Positions 24,651 to 35,109 of a DNA stretch of 44,180 bases are shown here, one piece after another. Where the stretch lies: positions 1 to 44,180 of the forward strand of contig NIVC01002308.1 in assembly GCA_002269645.1 (NCBI GenBank). Reading direction: 5' to 3'. The stretch is from Macrostomum lignano. Lineage: Eukaryota. The notes under the pieces are model-generated. The model did no database searches. It was not told where the DNA came from and saw nothing but the letters and a program-made list of their open reading frames with translations. The translations under genes were made by a program, and so were the position numbers. How positions within the stretch are numbered: position 1 is the stretch's first letter; the number at the start of each line of letters is the position of its first letter.

Positions 24651-24684
24651 GATCTACCGATTGTGCTTTGAGACCTTGATTTGG

Positions 24685-26285
24685 GAGTCACTCTGTGTCA
24701 TCGTCATCTGTTTGCTCTGTTTCACTCTCATCTGCTTGCTCTGTGTCACTCTTATCTGTTCACTCTGTCACTCTCATCTGTTCACTCTGTCACTCTCATC
24801 TGTTCATTCTGTCACTCTCATCTGTTCATTCTGTCACTCTCATCTGTTCATTCTGTCACTCTCATCTGTTCCCTCTGTGTCACTCTCATCTGTTCACTCT
24901 GTGTCACTCTCATCTGTTCCCTCTGTGTCACTCTTATCTGTTCACTCTGTGTCACTCTCATCTGTTCACTCTGTGTCACTCTCATCTGTTCACTCTGTCA
25001 CTCTCATCTGTTCACTCTGTCACTCTCATCTGTTCACTCTGTGTCATTCTCATCTGTTCACTCTGTGTCACTCTCATCTGTTCCCTCTGTGTCACTCTCA
25101 TCTGTTCACTCTGTGTCACTCTTATCTGTTCACTCTGTGTCACTCTCATCTGTTCACTCTGTCACTCTCATCTGTTCACTCTGTCACTCTCATCTGTTCA
25201 CTGTGTGTCATTCTCATCTGTTCCCTCTGTGTCACTCTCATCTGTTCCCTCTGTGTCAGTCTCATCTGTTCCCTCTGTGTCACTCTCATCTGTTCACTCT
25301 GTCACTCTCATCTGTTCACTCTGTCACTCTCATCTGTTCACTCTGTGTCATTCTCATCTGTTCACTCTGTGTCACTCTCATCTGTTCCCTCTGTGTCACT
25401 CTCATCTGTTCACTCTGTGTCACTCTTATCTGTTCACTCTGTGTCACTCTCATCTGTTCACTCTGTCACTCTCATCTGTTCACTCTGTGTCACTCTCATC
25501 TGTTCACTCTGTCACTCTCATCTGTTCACTCTGTCACTCTCATCTGTTCACTGTGTGTCATTCTCATCTGTTCCCTCTGTGTCACTCTCATCTGTTCACT
25601 CTGTGTCAGTCTCATCTGTTCCCTCTGTGTCACTCTCATCTGTTCACTCTGTGTCACTCTCATCTGTTCACTCTGTGTCACTCTTATCTGTTCACTCTGT
25701 GTCACTCTCATCTGTTCACTCTGTCACTCTCATCTGTTCACTCTGTGTCACTCTCATCTGTTCCCTCTGTGTCACTCTCATCTGTTCACTCTGTGTCACT
25801 CTCATCTGTTCACTCTGTGTCAGTCTCATCTGTTCCCTCTGTGTCACTCTCATCTGTTCACTCTGTGTCACTCTCATCTGTTCCCTCTGTGTCACTCTCA
25901 TCTGTTCCCTCTGTGTCAGTCTTATCTGTTCACTCTGTGTCACTCTCATCTGTTCCCTCTGTGTCACTCTCATCTGTTCCCTCTGTGTCACTCTCATCTG
26001 TTCCCTCTGTGTCACTCTCATCTGTTCCCTCTGTGTCACTCTTATCTGTTCACTCTGTGTCACTCTCATCTGTTCCCTCTGTGTCACTCTTATCTGTTCA
26101 CTCTGTGTCACTCTTATCTGTTCACTCTGTGTCAGTCTCATCTGTTCCCTCTGTGTCACTCTCATCTGTTCCCTCTGTGTCAGTCTTATCTGTTCACTCT
26201 GTGTCACTCTCATCTGTTCCCTCTGTGTCACTCTCATCTGTTCACTCTGTGTCACTCTAATCTGTTCACTCTGTGTCACTCTCTG
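24685..26285 (+). repeat. Minisatellite, 22-24-bp unit gtcactctcatctgttcactct(gt), immediately after the syntrophin stop codon
   Basis: 1.6-kb array; source of three overlapping ORFs of more than 500 aa. Confidence 0.97.
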
Positions 26286-26659
26286 TTCAATATGCCTTTC
26301 TCATGTTACTTTTTATAAATAAATTTCCTATTAATGGCGAAGGTTTATTTCGTGACCTGTAATTATTACTAAATGATTGAAACGAAATAATGACAATGAA
26401 ATTCTGCATAGATTTTAATGTAAATCTGTTCCTTTGTTCCCTAATAATCTTTACTTGCCTACTTAGGATGAATAATTTTTTTCTTTCTTGAATTTTTCAT
26501 ACTGGGTGATTATATTTTATTGGGAAAATATATAGTTAATACTTAATAATATGCGTTTTAATGCGTATGTTAAGGATTTTATTTTATTTTAGATTGTTTC
26601 TCTTCCATAACTTGTTTCCGCATTGTAAATTCTGAATGAAAACAATTATGAGAACTCTC

Positions 26660-26997
26660 TATAGCTGTGCTGTGAGATTATCCCTGGCGCACTTTAAGCG
26701 ACATTGTCACACAACCGGCGAGAGGCATTACTGCCCATTCCACCGACTCCCCTGAGCAGGCACACAAGCACAAGCACTCACACAGGAGTGTACAGCGGCC
26801 CTAACTTTATTTCTCGTTAGGCATGTACACTTCACTGTGCTTTAGGAGGTTGGCCCTCAAGCTGGGCATTAATTGCACGAGCAGAGCCAAGCCGAGATTC
26901 CAATTCAGCCCCAAATTTATGTGACTGCACTTGGAATCGAGCCTGGGCCGCTGGTACATCAGAGCGTGCCGCGCTAGACAACTAGGTCACGCCCCCC
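26660..26997 (-). mobile_element. Unrelated tRNA-derived SINE-like element
   Basis: The minus strand begins GGGGGCGTGACCTAGTTGTCTAGCGCGG...CCAGGCTCGATTCCAAG (A- and B-box-like spacing) and continues into a GC-rich body of about 270 bp within AT-rich flanks. It cannot close a tRNA acceptor stem. Only one copy is in the window. Confidence 0.55.
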
Positions 26998-27104
26998 TCT
27001 TCCCACAGAGAACTATTGTCTATGGCCTGTCTTAATTTCTGTGTGCAAAACTTATATTACTGTGGTAGGTTTGATTAAAAACCCTCTTCACTTAAAAGTT
27101 TGAA

Positions 27105-27480
27105 ACGACTGGCCATAGACTATCATCGCTGCGCCATAGACAATGGTAGATACGCGCACGAGTGTCTATGGCCATTATTTCAGCCCCTTACCTACTACGC
27201 AACGTCATTGTCTATAAGACACAGCCTGGCCATTATTTCAGCGTGCCGGAAGCGGTCATTATTTCAGGGTAAGAGTCTGCGTGCGTGCGACTGCGTAAAG
27301 AGGGCGGTGGTTGGGCCATAGACTATAAATGAAAAAGCTGTTGGGCCATAGACTATAAATGAATAAGCTGATGATAGGCTTGAGCTGACAAGATGCAGCT
27401 GAAATAATGGCCAGTTGAGTTTGTCATTACGCCAAGCTGTGTCTTCTGGACAATGGCGGGGTTTCCGCCATAGACAAATA
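27105..27480. mobile_element. Foldback/motif-cluster element (possible non-autonomous DNA transposon)
   Basis: The arm cattgtctataagacacagcctggccattatttcagc (27207-27242) is inverted at 27398-27456 with an internal insertion of about 21 bp. CCATAGAC occurs at 27113, 27134, 27316, 27346 and 27468, and inverted at 27164. There is a 30-bp tandem duplication at 27311-27370. Confidence 0.5.
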
Positions 27481-28194
27481 CCTCTAGCAAAAATACACGG
27501 CATAGCTTGCCTTGCTTTCCATGAAAGAAGTACAGCTAGACAAACTTGCGAGTCAGCATAGAATTTTCGCTACATATCGATTTTAGGCTCGTAGCAATGG
27601 AAAAACACAATTCTACACTGTGTTTACTATTGTATGCAAATATTAGGCTGGGATATTTAATTTTTTTATCCCCGATCAGCTGTTTCTAGTTTGCTTATTT
27701 CCCGTGGGGCACTTGGAGCTTCTGTAGCAAAAGGCAAAAACTTTCTTCTTTATCAGCTCAATTTTCCAAATTTCGCTTAGGCTAGTTGTTGTGCAAATAT
27801 TTTTTCCAGCGTGCCAATATCTTGTAAGTTTCTAATGTCTTCGCAAAATGATATGCGTTTTTTCCTCGCCTGCAATTTGCATTCCTAAATTTGTGCTGTT
27901 TTCTTCCTCTTGCCAAATTGGTATATCTTGCTTTTTACTAGCGTAGTTTTTTATTCTACAAACTTATTATATACTACTGTTTTGGCTTTTTCAGTAGAGT
28001 GGTTTGTTTATTTTTCATTTTTGTCATTTAATGCCTCAATTGTATTTTTATTGTTAAATTTTTACAATATACGTTGAGTTTTTGGTAAGGTTTAAATCTG
28101 ATGGAAACTTTCGAAACTTGATAAATTTTAAAATACATACTTTGTTAACTTTCATTCTTTTGGCTATTATAATTAATACAGATTTGTTTTAACC

Positions 28195-29380
28195 AACCCA
28201 CTCCTGTCGGACAACCCTCACTCCTAGACACCCACCTCATTCCTGCCTGCACCCCTCACTCCTAGACACCCACCCCATTCCTGCCCGCACCCTCACTCCT
28301 AGACACCCACCCCATTCCTGCCCGCACCCCTCACTCCTAGACACCCACCTCATTCCTGCCTGCACCCCTCACTCCTAGACACCCACCCCATTCCTGCCCG
28401 CACCCCTCACTCCTAGACACCCACCTCATTCCTGCCTGCACCCCTCACTCCTAGACACCCACCCCATTCCTGCCCGCACCCCTCACTCCTAGACACCCAC
28501 CTCATTCCTGCCTGCACCCCTCACTCCTAGACACCCACCCCATTCCTGCCTGCACCCCTCACTCCTAGACACCCACCTCATTCCTGCCTGCACCCCTCAC
28601 TCCTAGACACCCACCCCATTCCTGCCTGCACCCCTCACTCCTAGACACCCACCCCATTCCTGCCCGCACCCCTCACTCCTAGACACCCACCCATTCCTGC
28701 CTGCACCCCTCACTCCTAGACACCCACCCATTCCTGCCTGCACCCCTCACTCCTAGACACCCACCCATTCCTGCCTGCACCCCTCACTCCTAGACACCCA
28801 CCCCATTCCTGCCGCACCCCTCACTCCTAGACACCCACCTCATTCCTGCCTGCACCCCTCACTCCTAGACACCCACCTCATTCCTGCCTGCACCCCTCAC
28901 TCCTAGACACCCACCTCATTCCTGCCTGCACCCCTCACTCCTAGACACCCACCCATTCCTGCCTGCACCCCTCACTCCTAGACACCCACCTCATTCCTGC
29001 CTGCACCCCTCACTCCTAGACACCCACCCATTCCTGCCGCACCCCTCACTCCTAGACACCCACCTCATTCCTGCCTGCACCCCTCACTCCTAGACACCCA
29101 CCTCATTCCTGCCTGCACCCCTCACTCCTAGACACCCACCCCATTCCTGCCCGCACCCCTCACTCCTAGACACCCACCTCATTCCTGCCTGCACCCCTCA
29201 CTCCTAGACACCCACCACATTCCTGCCCGCACATCTCACTCCTAGACATCCACCACATTCCTGCCCGCACATCTCACTTATTGCCACCCACCCCATTCCT
29301 TCCCGCACCCCTCACTCCTAGACACCCACCTCATTCCTGCCTGCACCCCTCACTCCTAGACACCCACCCCACTCCTACCA
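28195..29380 (+). repeat. Minisatellite, 38-bp unit cacccctcactcctagacacccacctcattcctgcctg, upstream of MARS2
   Basis: About 30 near-perfect units with occasional 1-bp deletions in C runs. Confidence 0.97.
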
Positions 29381-29476
29381 CACTCTATTCTCTTTCATCG
29401 AGAAAAAAGACAGCCTTTATCCGTTTATTACTTTCTGAGTATTTTCATGCAACTGTATTAATTGTGGTCTTTTACA

Positions 29477-32400
29477 ATGCAAAGAGCAGCCACTTACTTT
29501 GTGACTACGCCAATCTACTATGTAAATGCAGGTAATTTTATTAATCATTTTTCGACCGAGCTTTTTTCGTTATTATTATTAAATTTGTTGAAACTGTATA
29601 TACTGTCGTTCCACATGACTTTATTAAACAATATTACATCATATCACAATAGTCACTATGGAATATATTTTCAATTATATGTATATCATAATCAGTTTAG
29701 CAATCACTAATAATAATAATTAAAGTAATCACAAAAATAAGCGCCGTAAAAACTTCCGTATATTTAGAACTATTACAGTATTTACTCAAAAATAGAGTCA
29801 CTACATGATGATACGAGCGTAATCTCAAAAATCACTATAAAAATGATAATCATCACAATAATCACTATATACTAATGATAATCATCGCAATAATCACTAT
29901 AAACTAATGATAATCATCGCAATAATCACTATATACTAATGATAATCATCACAATAATCACTATATACTAATGATAATCATCACAATAATCACTATATAC
30001 TAATTATAATCATAGCAATAATCACTATATACTAATGATAATCATCACAATAATCACTATATACTAATGATAATCATCACAATAATCATGTTCCCTCTAC
30101 CCCATCAGAGCCTCACATCGGCCACCTATTCAGCAGCTGTTTAGCAGACTCGCTGGCCCGCTACCATCGCCTGTTCAACCGGCCAACCCTGCTGACCACC
30201 GGATGTGACGAGCACGGCCAAAAAGTTGAGCAAGCCTCCATTCAAGCCGGCTTCCAAAATGTTCAACAATTTTGCTCCACTAATTCTAACAAATTTCGTC
30301 TATTATTCGACTCAGCTGGGATAGACTATTCAACTGGCGGTTTTCTAAGAACGTCGGAGTTGCGACATGTCGATTGCGTTTCGTCAGTTTGGAATCGACT
30401 ATCATCAAGTGGACTGCTGTCTAAAGCCAGCTACGAGGGCTGGTATTCAACCTCGGACGAGTGCTTTGTCTCTGCCGATGATTTAGTCAGATCTGAGGAT
30501 CCTGTCGCCGGAAAGGAGAAGTTCGTAATGCGGGAGACTGGCCAACCCGTTGAGCTGTGCTCAGAAGTTAATTGGCTACTGAGAATGAATGACCTGAAAA
30601 GTGAGGTCAGAAAATATCTCACTTCAGAACGAGTTGTTGTGCCGGATAGGTAAGTGTGAGATTCCGAATCTGAATCCTAACCTAAATCCTATGCAATTTG
30701 TATCTAAACTCTAACCTAAATCATATCCCTTGTAGCTAAACCCTGATCTAAATCCTATCTGCTAGGGCTACACCCTAACCTAAATGCTATCTGTTGTAGC
30801 TAAACTCTAACCTAAATCCTATCTGCTAGGGCTACACCCTAACCTAAATGCTATCTGTTGTAGCTAAACCCTGATCTAAATCCTATCTGCTAGGGCTACA
30901 CCCTAACCCAAATGCTATTCTACTACCTAAAACACCATAAACCCTATCTACTGTGGCTAACCTAAAACCCGACCTAATATCTACTGTAGACAACCAAAAA
31001 CCCAACATAAACCCTATCTACTGTAGACAGCCTAAAGCCCAACCTAAACCCTATCTACTGTAGCCAACCTAAAACCCAACCTAAACCCTATCACAGATAC
31101 TCAGAATCGGCACTGCGCCAATTGAACTCAACGCCCGACACTCTGTCGGTCAGTCGACCTACAAGTCGATGCAGCTGGGGTGTCCCGGTGCCCGGAGACC
31201 CCAGCCAGACAGTCTACGTGTGGCTGGACGCCCTGTGCAACTATCTAACCTGCGCCGGCTACCCAAACCACCTGAGAGCCTGGCCTCCAACCGATCAGAT
31301 TGTTGGCAAAGATATCCTCAGATTTCATGCCATAATTTGGCCAGCTATTCTCATTGCGATGGGCCTGCAGCCGCCGAATAGGATTATCTGTCACGGGCAT
31401 TGGCTCTGCGATGGTAGAAAAATGTCCAAATCTTTAGGCAATGTTGTCCGACCAGATGAGGACCTGTTCAATCGGTTGAGCAGAGACGGACTCAGATACG
31501 CTCTGCTCAGATCCGGACCAGTGACTGGGGAAGATGCGGATTTTCAATTAGCCAGATCCATTCACACGGTGAATGATGAGCTGGTTAATTGTATGGCTAA
31601 TCTGGCTTCCAGAGCTTCCAGTCCGAAGGTTGGCAGTTTTCTGTGTTTTGTTTATTATGTTTAATTAAATCTCATTTTAGTACCAGTCTTCACTTTTATT
31701 CTCGTTGCAGTCTTATTCTTAATCTCACACTCAATCTCACCGTAGTCTCACCCTCAATCTCACCGTAGTCTCACCCTCAATCTCAGCACAGTCTCACCCT
31801 CAATCTCACCGTAGTCTCACCCTAAATCTCACCGTAGTCTCATCCTCAATCTCACCATAGTTTCACCCTCAATCTCACCGTAGTCTCACCCTCAATCTCA
31901 CCGTAGTCTCACCCTAAATCTCACCGTAGTCTCATCCTCAATCTCACCATAGTCTCACCCTCAATCTCACCGTAGTCTCACCCTCAATCTCAGCACAGTC
32001 TCACCCTCAATCTCACCGTAGTCCCACCCTCAATCTCACCGTAGTCTCACCCTCAATCTCAGCACAGTCTCACCCTCAATATCACCGTAGTCTCACCCTC
32101 AATCTCACCGTAGTCTCATCCTTATCATCATTGTAGTTTTATCTTCAGTCTCACCGTAGTCTCACCCTTAATCTCACCATAGATCCACCGCAGGTCCCTG
32201 CCTCCTGTGGAGTCGCACAAAGACTTACTAAGACACGCGGCCAACCTTAACGAACACCAATTTGTCGAGCAGTTGCTCAACCTATCCGACAGTCTGCACT
32301 CCCAATGGTCCGAAGTTCGAATCCATCACGTAGCCGACAGTCTAGTATCGGTGTGGCGCTCGGCCAACTCTCTATTCGATCGTTGGCATCCCTGGCAACT

Positions 32401-32662
32401 GGCCAAATCTGATGACGCTGAGTCGATGAGCAAATTAGACTCACTGCTAGTCCTGGTATTTGCCAGTCTCAGACTCACCGGGCTTCATCTCACTCCGCTG
32501 TGCCCCACACTGGGCCATCGGCTGATGTCTGCGTCCGGTGTTGATAAATCGGACACTGTCCGATTTGACAGTCCAATTGACAGCGTCCTGCTCTGTCCGA
32601 GAGAGCTGGCCGCTCCGTCCGCCTCCCGTGAACATTTAATTGAGAGGCGTGAAGTTTTGTAG
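29477..32662 (+). CDS. MARS2: Methionyl-tRNA synthetase, mitochondrial/bacterial type; 4 exons, 535 aa from the first in-frame ATG
   Basis: Exons 29477-29531, 30109-30649, 31097-31628 and 32183-32662 total 1608 nt, in frame. Class I motifs: TTPIYYVNA|EPHIGH (HIGH split by intron 1), TGCDEHGQK, YEGWYSTSDECF, SVSR..SWGVPVP, YVWLDALCNY, VGKDILRFHAIIWP, HGHW...KMSKSLGNV, plus the anticodon-domain WHPW. There is no C-terminal appended domain. Confidence 0.96.
29830..30088 (+). repeat. Minisatellite, 32-bp unit aatcactatatactaatgataatcatcacaat, MARS2 intron 1
   Basis: About 8 units ending about 20 bp before the acceptor. Confidence 0.93.
30665..31092 (+). repeat. Degenerate ~37-bp minisatellite (aacctaaa/accctatctactgtag), MARS2 intron 2
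   Basis: Tandem degenerate units filling almost the whole intron 30650-31096. Confidence 0.85.
31720..32182 (+). repeat. Minisatellite, 23-bp unit ctcaatctcaccgtagtctcacc, MARS2 intron 3
   Basis: About 19-20 units; the last unit supplies the in-frame acceptor AG at 32181-32182. Confidence 0.95.
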
Positions 32663-32824
32663 CGGTTGGAGTTTAAGTTTTCTATCGTGTTTTACTTGCT
32701 TGCTGTACTACTGATTTACAAGTAATATACTAAGCTGCTTGGCATTGAGTCGAAACTGCGTCTTTATTTCTAATTAATTTGTTTGTATTCACGGTTTCAT
32801 GATTTTGATAGGAATTCTGCAATA

Positions 32825-33715
32825 CAAACCTACTGTATCAAAATTGCAACTTCAACTAACAGCAAAAAACAAAAGCAACAACAAAATCCTACAAAAACAA
32901 AATCCTACAACAACAGAAGCAACAACTAAATCCTACAACAACAAAAGCAACAACCAAATCCTACATCAACGAAAGCAACAACAAAATCCTACAACAACGA
33001 AAGCAACAACAAAATCCTACAACAACAAAAGCAACAACAAAATCGTACAATAGCAAAATCAGCAACAAAATCATACAACATCAAAAGCAACAACAAAATC
33101 CTACAAACAAAGCAACAACAAAATCCTACGACAACAACAAAACAAAATCCTACGACAACAACAAGCAACAAAAGCAACAACAAAATCCTACAGCAACAAA
33201 AGCAACAACAAAATCCTACAACAACAAAAGCAACAACAAAATCCTCCAACAACGAAAGCAACAACAAAATCCTACAGCAAAAACAAAAGCAACAACAAAA
33301 TCCTCCAGCAACAAAAGCAACAACAAAATCCAACAGCAACGAAAGCAAAAACAAAATCCTACAACAACAAAAGCAACAACAAAATCCTACAGCAACAAAA
33401 GCAACAACTAAATCCTACAACAACAAAAGCAACAACAAAATCCTCCAACAACGAAAGCAACAACAAAATCCTACAGCAAAAACAAAAGCAACAACAAAAT
33501 CCTCCAGCAACAAAAGCAACAACAAAATCCTACAACGCAACAACAAAATCCTACAGAAAGCAACAACAAAATCCTACAGCAACGAAAGCAACAACAAAAT
33601 CTACAGCAACGAAAGCAACAACAAAATCTACAATAGCAAAAGCAGCAACTAAATCCTACAACAATAAAAGTAACAAAGCACAAGAGCAACAACAAAATGC
33701 AACAACCATATAAAA
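32825..33715 (+). repeat. CAA-rich ~27-bp minisatellite aaagcaacaacaaaatcctacaacaac
   Basis: Degenerate tandem array about 160 bp downstream of the MARS2 stop codon. Confidence 0.92.
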
Positions 33716-34149
33716 ATTGCAAAACATTTCCGAAAATAGAAGCAAAGAAAAAGATATGCAATATTATTCATTTTTCTCTATCGCAACACAAACTAGGAGA
33801 ATTGAATCGCATCGAATGAAATGAATTCTAGAGAATGGATGACACGATGTTACCTCAAACTTCTCAAGCTTGTGTGTCTCATCCGGAACTCAGACTCATA
33901 ATCGTCTTTCTTGCTGATGAAAATCTGATATTTAATCGGCTTCCCTTTGGGATCAATTTGGGATGAAATGCGTTTGTTCCTCTGGTGGCCATTCCGAGTC
34001 TTCGTGTGAGCTCGCGGATAAATATATGAGTTCATATTAAGGTTCTGAGAAAACAATAGTTTCGAGAAATATTTTATTGGCCCATGCAACTGGGGCTTAA
34101 ATGAATGACAGGCATTATTGACACTAGATAGACGGACTAACAATACAAT

Positions 34150-34552
34150 GCGGCTCTCACTGACAGGAAGACAGGCAATACTGGAAGCAGACATACAGAA
34201 ATGCATGGCAGAACTAGATGGGCACTAAGGCAGGCGAAGACACTAACACAGGCAGATGGGCAGACATACATTAAGACAGGCTGGCAGACAGACAGACATG
34301 CAGGCAAACAGACAGAGACAAAAATTGAGGGGCAGACAAACGATTAGTCAGACTGACAGACATTAAGACAGGCAGACAGACCGGATATTAAGACATAAAG
34401 ACAGGCAGGCAGACAGACAGACATTAAGACAGGCTGACAGACAGACAGACATTAAGACAGGCAGGCAGACAGACAGGTAGACAGCTGCAGACAGACAGAC
34501 AGACATTAAGACAGGCTGGCAGACAGACAGACAGGTAGACACACAGACAGAA
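34150..34552 (+). repeat. (GACA)n-based compound repeat (gacagacattaagacaggc)
   Basis: Same GACA core and orientation as 5505-6050. Confidence 0.85.
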
Positions 34553-35109
34553 AATTTTAAGGTGAGAAACTGCAGTTTCAATTGCATTTCAGCAGAGATT
34601 GCGCAGCTTCTCTGTATTACAGTATATATTTGACAAGAAGAGGAAGCCCCTTGCCAGAAATTGCGTCACCCTCTGACTTCTGACGTTTTAAAACGGAAAG
34701 AGAAAGAGAAGCTCTGTGAAAAAAGTCGCTGAATTTTATTATACTATATATAGCTGGCTAATTTTATTTTCAAAAAAATGGCAGTCAAGGAGCGGCCTAT
34801 AGTAGCCATCAAGTATTTGAATGGCGATTCCGTTATTTCAATAGTTATAGCACGCACTGATGACCTTTCAGACGTGCGGCTCACGAATTATACAATGCGA
34901 CATTGCCGCATGTGGGTACCGCACCGGATCCACTGGGGTTAGAATGAGACTTGTCACCTGATAAGTGACTCGTAAATCCTCTTACCTAATCGAAAGTGAG
35001 AAAATTCTTTCATTGTTATAAATTGAGTCCGGTCGGGATTGACTTTGACTGATGCGTTTCACTATAGATTTTAGGAGCTGAAATTTACAGAACTGGAGTC
35101 TGGGGCCTA

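Noticed and set aside
24565-26322. Three overlapping Cys/His-rich ORFs of more than 500 aa (metallothionein- or keratin-associated-like appearance)
   Set aside because: All three frames are open because the 22-24-bp unit lacks stop codons; unit-length changes shuffle frames, which is inconsistent with coding selection.
30665-31092. Interstitial telomere-like (CCCTAA) sequence
   Set aside because: Only isolated ccctaa/acctaa hexamers inside a ~37-bp degenerate unit; there is no tandem (TTAGGG)n run.
32193-32194. Acceptor ccgcAG at 32193 for the last MARS2 exon
   Set aside because: Out of frame with the phase-0 donor at 31629 (stop after 18 codons); the AG at 32181-32182 restores the frame.
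29477-32662. Bacterial contamination or recent horizontal transfer of metG
   Set aside because: The gene has three spliceosomal introns with host-type minisatellites; bacterial-like MetRS is the expected mitochondrial enzyme.
34850-35085. Possible hammerhead ribozyme (ctgatga at about 34857) or retroelement-derived fragment (gatccactggggttagaat; gtcac-ctgataa-gtgac hairpin)
   Set aside because: No GAAA core with a proper stem II or cleavage triplet could be fitted; the resemblance to SINE/RTE sequence is from vague memory and the segment is single-copy here.
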